A stretch of DNA of 64,000 bases from Patescibacteria group bacterium (lineage in GTDB: Bacteria > Patescibacteriota > CPR2 > UBA1875), in NCBI GenBank assembly GCA_028694925.1, contig JAQVJW010000002.1, positions 9,797-73,796 on the forward strand, given 5' to 3'. The notes under the pieces are model-generated. The model saw nothing but the letters and a program-made list of their open reading frames with translations, had not been told where the DNA came from and made no database searches. The translations under genes were made by a program, and so were the position numbers. Below, piece after piece: positions 27,573 through 38,259 of the stretch. Numbering within the stretch: position 1 is the first letter of the stretch; every line of letters begins with the position of its first letter.

Positions 27573-30500
27573 ATGTCAGTTAAGGGGGTAGACCTGAAGA
27601 GGAAGGGAAAGACAGAAAAGGTTTTCTATAACCTCGGCTTATTCATAAATCGAGTTCGATTAGCATACCTTGAAGGGCTTAATAAAACGCATCTTAAGAT
27701 CCGTAAACTCCATGATGTGACCTACCAAAGAGGTGGGAAGTATAAGGCTTGGAGTGATAAACCATATTCATCCACTATTCACAAAACCGCTATGATAACT
27801 TTTATTGCTTCTTTTGTGATCTTTTCACTCGCCCAAAACATTTTCCCAAATCTCTTTAACCTCACAATCCCCAACAATGCCCTGGCGGGGTCAACTCAAG
27901 TTGTTTGGACGACCAAGGACCACTTTGAGAATAATGGCGCTACAAATTCCAATTATACTGGTGCGACAACCTCTACAGACGTGGTTATAAGTGGGGATAA
28001 CAATGATGTAACTGACTCCAATAATAATGACGATATAACACTTGGAAATCCTGATATAAATTTTGATACAATTTCGATATCTGAAGGTTATAATTATTCA
28101 TTAGCAATTAAGACTGATGGATCGCTATGGGCTTGGGGGTCTAACTCTAGTGGACAGCTTGGCTTGGGCGATACTACAACAAGGACAACACCAGTTCAAG
28201 TTGGTTCATCTATTGATTGGAGTTATATTGATACAGACGGTTCTTTGAATCCTAGTTCCTATGGCATTAAAACCGACGGCACATTATGGGCTTGGGGCGA
28301 AAATGAATGGCGACAACTTGGGCTCGGAGATACAACTGATAGATTAGTGCCCACTCAGGTGGGAACTTCCACAAACTGGAAAAGAGTTTCGGCTGGGGGT
28401 TCATTTGCGTTAGCAATTAAAACAGACGGCACATTGTGGGCTTGGGGGTCTAACTCTAGTGGACAGCTCGGCTTGGGCGATACTACAAATAGGTTGGTTC
28501 CAACCCAAGTGGGAGTCGGTGTGAATTGGGATTCCCTTGATACCGCTGAAGGAAGCTCCTTTGCAATAAAAACAGATGGCACATTATGGGCTTGGGGCGG
28601 CAATTATTATGGTCATCTTGGGCTCGGAGATACCACAAATAGGTTGGTTCCAACCCAAGTGGGATCTGATACTGATTGGAAGATCGTAAATACTGAAACA
28701 CCAAATATTTTTGGAGAAAGTTCTTTCGCAATAAAAAATGATGGAACATTGTGGGGTTGGGGCTATAATTATTCTGGTAGCTTGGGTTTAGGAGACACTA
28801 GTCCTAGACCTACTCCCACCCAAATCGGGACCGATACAAATTGGAAATATGTATTTGCGGGATCACATGCGGTAGGAATTAAAACAGACGGCACATTATG
28901 GGCTTGGGGGTCTAACTCTAGTGGAGAGCTTGGCTTGGGCGATACTACAAATAGGTTGGTTCCAACCCAAGTGGGATCTGATACTGATTGGAAGATGATT
29001 TCAGCTCCTAGGTCGACTACTATTGCTACCAAAACGAACAATACATTTTGGGGTTGGGGTTACAATGCTTATTCACAACTTGGTTTAGGCGATACAACAA
29101 ATAGGTTGGTCCCAACCCAAGTGGGATCTGATACGGATTGGCTTGGGGTTGTTGTGGAATATCCATCGACAGGTTCTCTTACAGAACTAAAAGTTGATGC
29201 TGGTTCTGGTAACAAAGCTTCTTGGGCTAGTGTCTCCTGGAACGAAGAAATACTTGCAAATACCGACATTATTTTTAACGTCCGCACTTCAGACGATAAT
29301 GCAACCTGGAGTGATTGGAGTGCTGATTTAACGACACCCGGTGGGTCTAGTTTATCTTCCGCTGACCCTTCTAGGTATCTTGAAATTAAGGTAACCCTTT
29401 CTAGTTCCGACGGACTCAACACCCCAACCCTAAATGATTTCACGGTTACCTACGACACCCTCGAAGCCCCGGTTAATGAAAACATCGTTCTTACAAAGAC
29501 CGATGACTCTAGCCTATATACTTCATCTGGTACCCTAGTATCAGGTGGCATAGCTGGTGCCTATAGTAACGAATCATCTCTAAGAATTTCTGCCACTGGT
29601 CTTACGTGTGGCGGAGGTGATTCTGGAGAGCCAGCTTGTGAAGGTACTTCTACAAACATTAGACCCGAGGTAGAAGTCTCAAACATCACTGATACAGACT
29701 TTTCAACCCCAGTCTTTACGGGAGAAGCCGCTCAAGGCTCTGACTACGTTGATGCTACGGGCCTTACGGCTGGTGAATCATATCATATTAGAGTTCGAGC
29801 GATTGATGATGAGGGAAGAGTCTCTGCTTGGACCAATTATGTTGGTGATGCTACGGCCATAACCATTGAACAAACCCCACCGACGGGGACGGTTGTGATT
29901 GATGAAGGGGAATATACTAAAGATGCCACAGTTAATTTGAATCTATCCGCAGCGGATGAAGGTGGCTCAGGGCTTTCCCAAATGCGATTTAGTAATTCTG
30001 GTGCTGAGGGGCAATGGAGTGATTGGGAAACATATGCAACCTCTAAGGCTTGGGATATTACAAATGCTACTTATGGTGGTAACACTAACGAAGAAGAAAA
30101 GACTGTTTATGTGCAGTATAAAGACAATGCAGGGAATATAAGTGGAACATGGCTACAGACGAGTGATGAGGATTTTAATGCAGGGACAAAAGACCAAATA
30201 TCTGTTTCAGGTGACTTATATAGACTAACGATGGATTGGATATTAGGTCCAGTGGCTGGGATTGAGGTATACAAAGAAGATCAAATTGGAGCAGCTTGGC
30301 AGACTTCAAACACTGACTGTCCCGCACCTCAATGCAACGGATCATATCTCGTTGATCCTTTTTTGAATCCAGAGGTTGATTTTTCGGCTTATCCTGCTCA
30401 GAATGCCTGTAAGAACATTGGGGGAAGATTGCCCACCCCTGGTGAATTGGGCGATATTTATACTTATAAGTTGGATTATGGTAATAACTTTACGTATCAT

Positions 30501-33500
30501 ACTTCTTTTTATCACTGGACAAATGCAGAAACCTTTCTAGGATCTGATGCTTTTTTCCAATATTTCTCCACTGGCCTCACTGGTGCCAGAGCGAAAAACC
30601 AGCTACATTATTCTAGGTGCGTAAGGAGCGAAGGAACTGGTTCAAATGAATATAGTACAACAGGGGTTTATACCTCTTCTGTTAAGGACAACATCAATTT
30701 CAAAAACTATAGCCGCTTACACTGGTCAGCTAATATTCCCTCAGAAACAGGCGCTGATGCGCTTCGATTCCAGGTAGCCTCAAATAACGACAATGTAACC
30801 TGGAACTATGTTGGCCCAGATGGAACGGCCGGGACATACTATGATGCCGACGACAATGGCATACAAATACATTCCTCGCACAACGGACACAGATATATAA
30901 GATATAAAGCCTATCTTCAAACAGCCAATTCTAGTTATACCCCCACTGTTTATGATGTTGGAATCGAAGTTCTAAGCATTAACGCTTCCATCCTTTACGA
31001 CCACACTCCTCCCGCAAACACTGAAGCAACTATCACCTATCCTACTGCTGGGGAATCGCTTATTGGTGCCACCGAAGAAGAGATAACCTGGGATGATACC
31101 AAAATAACCGACCCAGGCGATAATGCCTCTGGCCTTTTGGCTGATGGCACGACGGCCATTACCATTCAGTTTACTTCTGATAATGGTAACAACTGGAGTA
31201 CAGTAGAATCCGGTCTTCCTAACTCTGGCTCATATACCTGGACTGTCCCTAATAACTCAACCTGCGTTAACCAGTGTCGCATTGCCGTTCTGGCTCAAGA
31301 TAAAGCCGGTAATGAAAACACCCCTGCGGATGCCAATACTACCTCGGCCCTCTTTTCCATCATTGCCGACTCTCAAGCCCCTCAGTGGGATGCAGGAACA
31401 GTTCTTGACGTAAGTAACACCAAGTATATTAGTGGAGCCACTACTTGGACCGATGCTACCCCAACCCTATCCTGGACTCCTGCTCCAACTGACCCCGCCC
31501 CTGGAAGCGGTATTGCCGAATATGAAGTTATCTTTGAAGGTGCCACAGCCGAAACTATTACTGGTCTTACGACCACTGAAGCCACTCCAACTCTCGCAGA
31601 AGGAGTCCATGAGTGGTATGTAAACGCGATTGATGGGGCCGGCCTTTCTGCTAATACTAAAGATGAACTCTCACGTACGAAAACCATTTCGGTAGATGCC
31701 ACTGCTCCGAATGCAACCCTAAATATTATTTCCCTTACAGGTGGTGCGGCTACTAACTCTTGCACTGTAGCGATTAACCTTGCCGATCAGGTGGAAGTAG
31801 GTTCAGGGATTTCCTCGATCCAGTATTCCAATGACGAACTTATCTGGAGCTCCCTTGGCGAGGGTTCCACCTGGGATCTTTGTTCGGCCAGCTCTACTAA
31901 AGGTACAAAAACAGTCTACGCCCGCCTAATCGATAATGTGGCTAATCAACGAACCATTTCAAGTACCATCCTTTATGAAGATACACTACCCACGAACCCC
32001 TCTGCTGTAACGGCGACCCTTGTTCCCCCAGGGGATGTGCCATCTACCTATGTCGATGATGCTTGGGTTGGTAACTCCTCAATCTCTATCGAGTGGAGCG
32101 GTGAAATCGATCCTGAACCAAACTCAAGTGGCGTTGCGAGTTACGTTGTCTATCGCTCCACAGATAACGGTGCCTACACCGAAGTTTCGGCTGATTCGGC
32201 TTCCCCCTATGTAGATACGGGTCTCGTTGATGGTCATAATTACAAATATATTATTAAAGTGATTGATGATGCCGGTAATAGCTCCCTTTACCAGACAAAC
32301 CCAGTAATTGGGGAACTTAATGTAGCCGATATTACGAGTCCCGAGCCACCTGAAAATTTCAATGCCTCGGGAACAGATTCAACAACAATTGATGTTACCT
32401 GGAACTCGGCGCCGGAAAACTCAATCTCTCACTCTGGTAAGGCCGATAGCTATACAATTGAAAGAACGGCTGATAGTGCCTTGGGTTCTTCTGAGCCAAC
32501 TAATGATGATACCTGTAATACCTATACCTATTCTGATACCATTCAATCGCCAATTACTTTTGAGCAAGGTGGAGTTTATGATCCCGGTAACGATAAGTAT
32601 ACTATTACCGATACGGTTAATGCTGAAGAGTGGTACTACTACCGAATAAAAGCAATTGACGAAAGACCCTCTGACTCTGACTATACTTGTTTTAAGGCTC
32701 GCGGTAACTTTGCGCCTGAATTCCCTCAAGAGAATATCAACCTTAGTGCAGATACTGTGGTCCCTGGCGATGAAGTTACCATTACATTTACAGCAACTGA
32801 CTTTGATGGGGCCACCGACCTTGATACTGGTAATGCCATCCAACAACTTAAAATCCAAGATGGGGCCCTGGCCGAAGTCCTTGCCTATACCGAGGTTACC
32901 GAAAAAGAAGCATATAATGACGGTGCCCGTTATGGCTACACCTATACCTATGGCTACACTGTCCCAGAGACGGCTAAATACGGCACCTATACCGTAACCA
33001 TTAATGTGGCTGACTCTGTAGCAGTTGGTAGCCCGGGTGATAACTTCCATAATCAAACCAAACAAGTGCAGTTTAAGGTGCCACCAGCCGCTCCAACCTC
33101 ACTTTCGGCTACTGGCTATACCTCAACAAGTGTTAATCTTACCTGGACGGCTCCCGGGAATGCCGGAAACCAGGCTGGGCTTCGAGGGACTAACCCTTAC
33201 TCCGTAAAAAGAAGGTCTTATGGTAGCTCTGATCCTTTTGTTCATCTTGCCTATTCAAATGCCACCTCATATACTAACTCCGGTCTTGCCTTGGGGACTG
33301 CCTATGAATACCAAGTAGTTGCCTTTGATATCAATGGGAACGAGGGTCCCGCGTCAAATAACTCTAATGCTATTCCGCCAGCCCCAGCGACCCCAGCGTC
33401 AGCGACCGTGCGTGACGCTTCTCATACCTCAATCGATTTAGGGGGTACCTACCCATTACGTTACTTTGTGACTTGGGATGCGGTTACCGAATCATCTGTC

Positions 33501-35285
33501 CCTGACTTTAAAGGGTACAAAGTCTATCGAAGTACTGATGGTGGAGAGTATACCTATCTAGATACCATAGACTGTGACACCCTCGGTGAGAACCGGACTT
33601 ACTATTTAGACCTTCATACTGCCGCGGACGAAGGTACTTCTTATCAATATCAGGTTCATACCTGGGATGAAGCGGGAAACATTGGTGATGGGGTTACGAC
33701 CCTAGCGACTGATGCTAGTGTAACGCCGACTGTTACCACTCCAACTTTGGATTCTAAAGGTGTCAGTTGGATTAAGGTTAAGTGGACGACCGATCAAGAA
33801 GCATATAGCTTAGTAGAATACAAAAAAGCTGATGCTTCAAGTTATTCTATTGCTGGCCAAAAATCAATAATCACCGAAAAGACCGGTGATAGCTACCAAC
33901 ACACAGTAACTATTAGGGGACTTGAGAAGAACCAAGATTACAATATTCGGGTTAAATCTGTCAATCAAAGTAATATTATGAGCGCTTCATCAAACGAGAT
34001 TACAGTTAAAACTGAGAACTTTGCTATTAGTGATGTTAAAAAAGATATTAAGGCCTCATCGGCCACTATCTCTTGGAACACAGGTTCGGTACCTTCAAAT
34101 GCGATTGTTATCTATAACAAAATAGGCAGTGGAGCTCAGTCGGATACTTCTGATAACCCACCAAAAGAGACAATGAAGACAAGCCATTCCGTTGAGATTA
34201 GTAACCTTACTCCAGGGGACTATTCCTTCTACGTAAAGAGCTATGACGCTGAAGGAAACCTAGCCGAGGCTGGTAATACCAACCTATATACCTTCACTAT
34301 CACTGGTTTCGATACTGGTACCCTCTCAGACCCTAAGGCCGGTAAGATTGAAGAACAAGATATTACGGCAACAAGTGCCAAGATAACTTGGACCTCAACC
34401 GTCTCTACTTCATCCTGGGTAGACTATGGTACCACTTCGGGTAACTATGGTAAGAGTACCGGCTCCGATACCCTAACGATTGACCACATCGTTACCCTTG
34501 AAGGGTTAACCCCAGGTCAAACCTACTACTACATTGTTCGGGGCCTTGATGCTAATGGGACCGAGTACAAGTCTCAGGAGTATTCTTTTGTTGCTCTTGC
34601 TCGTCCTTCTATCTCAAATGTTGAAGTTCTCGAAGTTACCTCATATACCGCGCGTATTAGGGTCGAGGTCACGAAAGAGACCGAAGCCTCAATTACTTAC
34701 GGGATTAATGGTGCCTTTAATGAGAAAGCAGGGGGCGGCTCACTAGCTCGAGTTCATGATATTGAGCTTACAAACCTTACTGATAAATCAAACTACTCTT
34801 TCTATGTTGATGTTAAGGATAGTGCTGGAAATACGGCCAAGAGTGAGACCAAAACCTTCAAAACCCCACTTGATACAACTGGTCCTACCATCTCCTCGGT
34901 TAAGATAGACCTTCTTCCAATTGGAGAGAGTGATGAATATGCCCAAGCAATCATCTCCTGGACTACTGATAAGCCAGCCACTACCTTAGTTATGTATGAC
35001 GAAGGGGTTATTGGTGGAGAGTATGGTTCATCCTCAATCGAAGACACCTCCTTAAATACCGCCCACACCGTGATTGTAAAAGAGCTTTTACCTTCTACTA
35101 CCTACAGGTTTCAACTGGTTTCAAAAGACAAACGAGGGAATGAGTCGAAATCAGCAGACTACAACTTTGTTACCCCATCTCGTGAGAAATCTATCCTACA
35201 GCTCATCTTAAAGTCACTCGAGGAGACCTTCTCCTGGGTTCGTAATGTGGGGGGATTCTTTAGGAATATAGGGGAGAAGTTTTAA
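27573..35285 (+). CDS. Giant surface protein: N-terminal TM, RCC1/BLIP-II propeller, lectin-like domain, multiple FN3/Ig-like domains
   Basis: About 2,570 aa. Seven KTDGTLWAWG.N..GQLGLGD repeats, ACK.IGGRLPT..EL...W...RCVR, FN3 motifs (L.PG.TYYY.V) and an amphipathic C-terminus. Start is uncertain. Confidence 0.88.
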   Translation: MSVKGVDLKRKGKTEKVFYNLGLFINRVRLAYLEGLNKTHLKIRKLHDVTYQRGGKYKAWSDKPYSSTIHKTAMITFIASFVIFSLAQNIFPNLFNLTIPNNALAGSTQVVWTTKDHFENNGATNSNYTGATTSTDVVISGDNNDVTDSNNNDDITLGNPDINFDTISISEGYNYSLAIKTDGSLWAWGSNSSGQLGLGDTTTRTTPVQVGSSIDWSYIDTDGSLNPSSYGIKTDGTLWAWGENEWRQLGLGDTTDRLVPTQVGTSTNWKRVSAGGSFALAIKTDGTLWAWGSNSSGQLGLGDTTNRLVPTQVGVGVNWDSLDTAEGSSFAIKTDGTLWAWGGNYYGHLGLGDTTNRLVPTQVGSDTDWKIVNTETPNIFGESSFAIKNDGTLWGWGYNYSGSLGLGDTSPRPTPTQIGTDTNWKYVFAGSHAVGIKTDGTLWAWGSNSSGELGLGDTTNRLVPTQVGSDTDWKMISAPRSTTIATKTNNTFWGWGYNAYSQLGLGDTTNRLVPTQVGSDTDWLGVVVEYPSTGSLTELKVDAGSGNKASWASVSWNEEILANTDIIFNVRTSDDNATWSDWSADLTTPGGSSLSSADPSRYLEIKVTLSSSDGLNTPTLNDFTVTYDTLEAPVNENIVLTKTDDSSLYTSSGTLVSGGIAGAYSNESSLRISATGLTCGGGDSGEPACEGTSTNIRPEVEVSNITDTDFSTPVFTGEAAQGSDYVDATGLTAGESYHIRVRAIDDEGRVSAWTNYVGDATAITIEQTPPTGTVVIDEGEYTKDATVNLNLSAADEGGSGLSQMRFSNSGAEGQWSDWETYATSKAWDITNATYGGNTNEEEKTVYVQYKDNAGNISGTWLQTSDEDFNAGTKDQISVSGDLYRLTMDWILGPVAGIEVYKEDQIGAAWQTSNTDCPAPQCNGSYLVDPFLNPEVDFSAYPAQNACKNIGGRLPTPGELGDIYTYKLDYGNNFTYHTSFYHWTNAETFLGSDAFFQYFSTGLTGARAKNQLHYSRCVRSEGTGSNEYSTTGVYTSSVKDNINFKNYSRLHWSANIPSETGADALRFQVASNNDNVTWNYVGPDGTAGTYYDADDNGIQIHSSHNGHRYIRYKAYLQTANSSYTPTVYDVGIEVLSINASILYDHTPPANTEATITYPTAGESLIGATEEEITWDDTKITDPGDNASGLLADGTTAITIQFTSDNGNNWSTVESGLPNSGSYTWTVPNNSTCVNQCRIAVLAQDKAGNENTPADANTTSALFSIIADSQAPQWDAGTVLDVSNTKYISGATTWTDATPTLSWTPAPTDPAPGSGIAEYEVIFEGATAETITGLTTTEATPTLAEGVHEWYVNAIDGAGLSANTKDELSRTKTISVDATAPNATLNIISLTGGAATNSCTVAINLADQVEVGSGISSIQYSNDELIWSSLGEGSTWDLCSASSTKGTKTVYARLIDNVANQRTISSTILYEDTLPTNPSAVTATLVPPGDVPSTYVDDAWVGNSSISIEWSGEIDPEPNSSGVASYVVYRSTDNGAYTEVSADSASPYVDTGLVDGHNYKYIIKVIDDAGNSSLYQTNPVIGELNVADITSPEPPENFNASGTDSTTIDVTWNSAPENSISHSGKADSYTIERTADSALGSSEPTNDDTCNTYTYSDTIQSPITFEQGGVYDPGNDKYTITDTVNAEEWYYYRIKAIDERPSDSDYTCFKARGNFAPEFPQENINLSADTVVPGDEVTITFTATDFDGATDLDTGNAIQQLKIQDGALAEVLAYTEVTEKEAYNDGARYGYTYTYGYTVPETAKYGTYTVTINVADSVAVGSPGDNFHNQTKQVQFKVPPAAPTSLSATGYTSTSVNLTWTAPGNAGNQAGLRGTNPYSVKRRSYGSSDPFVHLAYSNATSYTNSGLALGTAYEYQVVAFDINGNEGPASNNSNAIPPAPATPASATVRDASHTSIDLGGTYPLRYFVTWDAVTESSVPDFKGYKVYRSTDGGEYTYLDTIDCDTLGENRTYYLDLHTAADEGTSYQYQVHTWDEAGNIGDGVTTLATDASVTPTVTTPTLDSKGVSWIKVKWTTDQEAYSLVEYKKADASSYSIAGQKSIITEKTGDSYQHTVTIRGLEKNQDYNIRVKSVNQSNIMSASSNEITVKTENFAISDVKKDIKASSATISWNTGSVPSNAIVIYNKIGSGAQSDTSDNPPKETMKTSHSVEISNLTPGDYSFYVKSYDAEGNLAEAGNTNLYTFTITGFDTGTLSDPKAGKIEEQDITATSAKITWTSTVSTSSWVDYGTTSGNYGKSTGSDTLTIDHIVTLEGLTPGQTYYYIVRGLDANGTEYKSQEYSFVALARPSISNVEVLEVTSYTARIRVEVTKETEASITYGINGAFNEKAGGGSLARVHDIELTNLTDKSNYSFYVDVKDSAGNTAKSETKTFKTPLDTTGPTISSVKIDLLPIGESDEYAQAIISWTTDKPATTLVMYDEGVIGGEYGSSSIEDTSLNTAHTVIVKELLPSTTYRFQLVSKDKRGNESKSADYNFVTPSREKSILQLILKSLEETFSWVRNVGGFFRNIGEKF
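28085..29145 (+). repeat. Intragenic RCC1 tandem repeats (~150-160 nt units)
   Basis: Recurrent near-identical DNA, e.g. GGGCTTGGGGGTCTAACTCTAGTGGA three times and AATAGGTTGGTTCCAACCCAAGTGGGA three times. Confidence 0.85.
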
Positions 35286-35336
35286 GGTTGAAAATGATTA
35301 CAGGAAAAGATAAACTAGATACAGTTAAGGAGGGAA

Positions 35337-36287
35337 ATGGCCCGAACACCAGTTATTAAAACGAGTGGCCTAGAGAAGACCTTTGATTTAGGGGCCGTTA
35401 AGGTAACAGCACTATCCGGGGTAAATCTTGAGATATATTCAGGTGAGTTTATCGTCTTTTTTGGCCCCTCTGGTTGCGGTAAATCTACCTTAATGAGCAT
35501 GATTGCCGGACTTCAACCACCTTCTGGGGGTAAGATTTGGATTCGTGGTGAGAATCTTGGGGAATATAATGAAAATCAACTGGCAGAATACCGAAGAACG
35601 AAGATTGGGATGGTTTTTCAGGCTTTTAACCTCATTACTAGTATGAATATTGTCGAAAATATCGCGCTTCCTTTGTCTTTTGCTCGGATTCCAAGGAAGA
35701 GAAGGATTAATAGGGCGGAGAATCTTCTTGAGACAGTTGCGATGAGCGATTACAAGCATCATACCCCATCAGAGCTCTCTGGTGGGCAACAGCAGCGGAT
35801 TGCCCTTGCTCGGAGTCTTGTCGCGAACCCCTGGATTGTCCTTGCCGATGAGCCAACCGGTAACCTCGATTCAAAATCAGCTAACGATGTCATGAGACTT
35901 TTAATTAAGTTAAATCGTAAATCAAAAAGAACCGTTATCCTGATTACTCACAACCCAGAATACTTGGTTTATGCCGATAGGGTTTTTCGTCTTAAGGATG
36001 GTAAGGTTGTCGATGTTGAGGTCAACAGTGACGCCAAGACCGAGATAGTGCCGGAGACGAAGAAGGATGAAGGAAAGGAAAACAAGAAAAAGGGGAAGAG
36101 GGGAAAAAAGAAAGAGCAAGAAGAGCAAGAAGAGGCCGATACTATACCAGAGTCATCACCTCCCCTGGATGATACGGATACCCCACTTGATGTAACGAGT
36201 GATTTTGACGAAACCGAAGAAAAGTCGAAAGAAAAGAAAGATAAGAAAAAGAAGGCTAAGATGAAGCCTATGAGGATCGGGGAATGA
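35337..36287 (+). CDS. ABC transporter ATP-binding protein (LolD/MacB/FtsE class) with charged C-terminal tail
   Basis: [16 protein letters not shown] and [10 protein letters not shown]. Confidence 0.94.
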   Translation: MARTPVIKTSGLEKTFDLGAVKVTALSGVNLEIYSGEFIVFFGPSGCGKSTLMSMIAGLQPPSGGKIWIRGENLGEYNENQLAEYRRTKIGMVFQAFNLITSMNIVENIALPLSFARIPRKRRINRAENLLETVAMSDYKHHTPSELSGGQQQRIALARSLVANPWIVLADEPTGNLDSKSANDVMRLLIKLNRKSKRTVILITHNPEYLVYADRVFRLKDGKVVDVEVNSDAKTEIVPETKKDEGKENKKKGKRGKKKEQEEQEEADTIPESSPPLDDTDTPLDVTSDFDETEEKSKEKKDKKKKAKMKPMRIGE

Positions 36288-37465
36288 GATTTATTGATAT
36301 CCTAAGGATGGCTCTTGGCAATCTGCGCCGTAATAAGATGCGAACCACTCTTACAGTGGCTGGGGTAGTAGTTGGTATCGGAGCGATTGTTTTCTTGGTC
36401 TCCTTGGGCTTTGGGCTACAGGATTTGATGGTCCGAAAGGTGGCTAATCTTGAGGCCCTAACGATGATTAAAGTATCACCCGGGAATGAAGAAGGGCAAC
36501 TTCTTACTGAAGAAGTAGCCGATAGGATAAAAGGATTTGGGGAGGTAACCGATACTTCTCGTATCCTCTCAAGCCCGGGCTCGTTTCAGTATAATGATTC
36601 ATTCTCAGACCCCTTAATTGCCGGAGTTGAACCCCAGTACATGGCGCTTGAAGAGCTCTCGATGGTGAATGGGACCCAAGAACTTAGTGAGGCGGATGTT
36701 ATACTCTCGACCGCGGCCCTTGATGCCATTGCCCTTTCCGCCGATGACGCAATCGGTAAAGAGATAGAGCTTGATGTCTACAAGCGAGATGAAGTTGGGG
36801 AAATTACTCAGAATAAAGAGACATTAAATCTTAAAATTGTTGGGGTTTTTGATTTTGAAAAGACCAAGAAAGGCTACGTCCACTTCAATAATCTAAAAAA
36901 GATAGGTAAGACCCCATATTCAGAGATCAAGGTAAAAGTGGCCGAAAGAAACCAGGTTACAAATGTCAGAAAGACGATCGAATCGATGGGTTATCCTACT
37001 ACTTCAGTCAAAGATACGGTAGATCAGATAGACCAAGCCTTTATGATTATTAAATCGGTATTGGGTGGCTTTGGAATGATTGCCCTCTTTGTTGCCGCGA
37101 TTGGTATTTTTAACACGATGACCATCTCGCTTCTTGAGAGGACTCATGAGATTGGCGTAATGAAAGCCATAGGAGGGCGAAACAAAGATGTCTCCCGAGT
37201 ATTTACAACCGAAGCGGCTACAATCGGACTCTTGGGTGGTATCTTTGGAGTATTAGCCGGCTATCTTCTTGGGGTCTTGCTTGGAGGGCTGGTGAACTTT
37301 ATCGCTACAAGTGTTGGTGGGGAAGCAAATGACTACTTTTCACTCCCAATTGACTTTATCCTGATCGTCGTTGCCTTTTCTTTTGTAGTTTCAACAGTCG
37401 CTGGGATTTATCCGGCCAGAAGAGCGGCTAAGCTTAATCCGCTTGAAGCTCTTCGTTACGAATAG
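36284..37465 (+). CDS. ABC transporter permease (MacB/FtsX class)
   Basis: RTTLT..GVVVG, ERTHEIGVMKAIG and YPARRAAKLNPLEALRYE. Confidence 0.94.
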   Translation: MRFIDILRMALGNLRRNKMRTTLTVAGVVVGIGAIVFLVSLGFGLQDLMVRKVANLEALTMIKVSPGNEEGQLLTEEVADRIKGFGEVTDTSRILSSPGSFQYNDSFSDPLIAGVEPQYMALEELSMVNGTQELSEADVILSTAALDAIALSADDAIGKEIELDVYKRDEVGEITQNKETLNLKIVGVFDFEKTKKGYVHFNNLKKIGKTPYSEIKVKVAERNQVTNVRKTIESMGYPTTSVKDTVDQIDQAFMIIKSVLGGFGMIALFVAAIGIFNTMTISLLERTHEIGVMKAIGGRNKDVSRVFTTEAATIGLLGGIFGVLAGYLLGVLLGGLVNFIATSVGGEANDYFSLPIDFILIVVAFSFVVSTVAGIYPARRAAKLNPLEALRYE

Positions 37466-37518
37466 AGCGTTTGGTTGGGGTGGATAATTTAACCAATACA
37501 ACCACTAGGATAAAATAA

Positions 37519-38259
37519 TTAGGTAATGAGTGGCTTTTCCCATCCAAAACAAGTTTCAGTATTTTTTAAGGCCTTGAAGGCAATCGCAGATGAAGGGTCT
37601 GCTTTCCTAAAATCAATAAGAAGCTCGACGCAACTACTAATAAATTCACCAACCGTTCCGTTAGAATCGTCAACGCCACCATGACTAAGTTTTCTATCAA
37701 GCTTTAGCAAGGTGTCTAGGACGAGTTTTGCTGATGACTTACTGGCCGGTAGCTGGGAGAATAATGCCGAAAGCCTATTGCATCCTTCCTCTAAAGAATT
37801 TTGATACTGAAACCAAATCTTTGACGGGCCGTTATATGTTTTGATATAACGGCTCGCTTCTGTAATTTTCTTTTTTAATTCTGCGATTTTGTTCGGGTCA
37901 ATTTCACCAACTAGACCCGAAAATGACAGGTTATTGTGCTGTTTTTTATCTTCTTTAGAGAGTTTTTTACCATCCATAACTGCCCATATAGCAACAGCAA
38001 CCACATGCTTACAAAGATAATCCTTTTGACCTAAGTAGCAGTTACAATCGGCATAGTTGAAATCCTTCATCGACACAAAAACATCATAGATGGTAGTACC
38101 TGCTACCTTTGCAGAAAATCCCTTAAAGACCTTATGAAATTCCTTGATTTTTCTAGACTCATAGATACCAACTGCCCGTTGGAAGGTTTTTTCATCAGTC
38201 GAAAACTTTATTTTATCTAAATCAAAATAGGGCCTGATATTTTCGAAATTAGATGGCAT
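37519..38259 (-). CDS. SWIM zinc-finger protein
   Basis: RA..IY..., CNC...LCKH and GVDDSNGTVG. The likely start overlaps the fic stop. Confidence 0.8.
   Translation of the reverse strand: MPSNFENIRPYFDLDKIKFSTDEKTFQRAVGIYESRKIKEFHKVFKGFSAKVAGTTIYDVFVSMKDFNYADCNCYLGQKDYLCKHVVAVAIWAVMDGKKLSKEDKKQHNNLSFSGLVGEIDPNKIAELKKKITEASRYIKTYNGPSKIWFQYQNSLEEGCNRLSALFSQLPASKSSAKLVLDTLLKLDRKLSHGGVDDSNGTVGEFISSCVELLIDFRKADPSSAIAFKALKNTETCFGWEKPLIT

Noticed and set aside
28085-29145. Regular repeats as a possible CRISPR array
   Set aside because: They are in-frame RCC1 coding repeats of about 150 nt, and there are no cas genes.
30390-30630. Complete DGR in this window
   Set aside because: No reverse transcriptase and no template repeat were found by eye.
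32421-33065. 214-aa antisense ORF and other shadow ORFs within the giant gene and housekeeping genes
   Set aside because: They have no motifs and are explained by codon bias of the sense gene.
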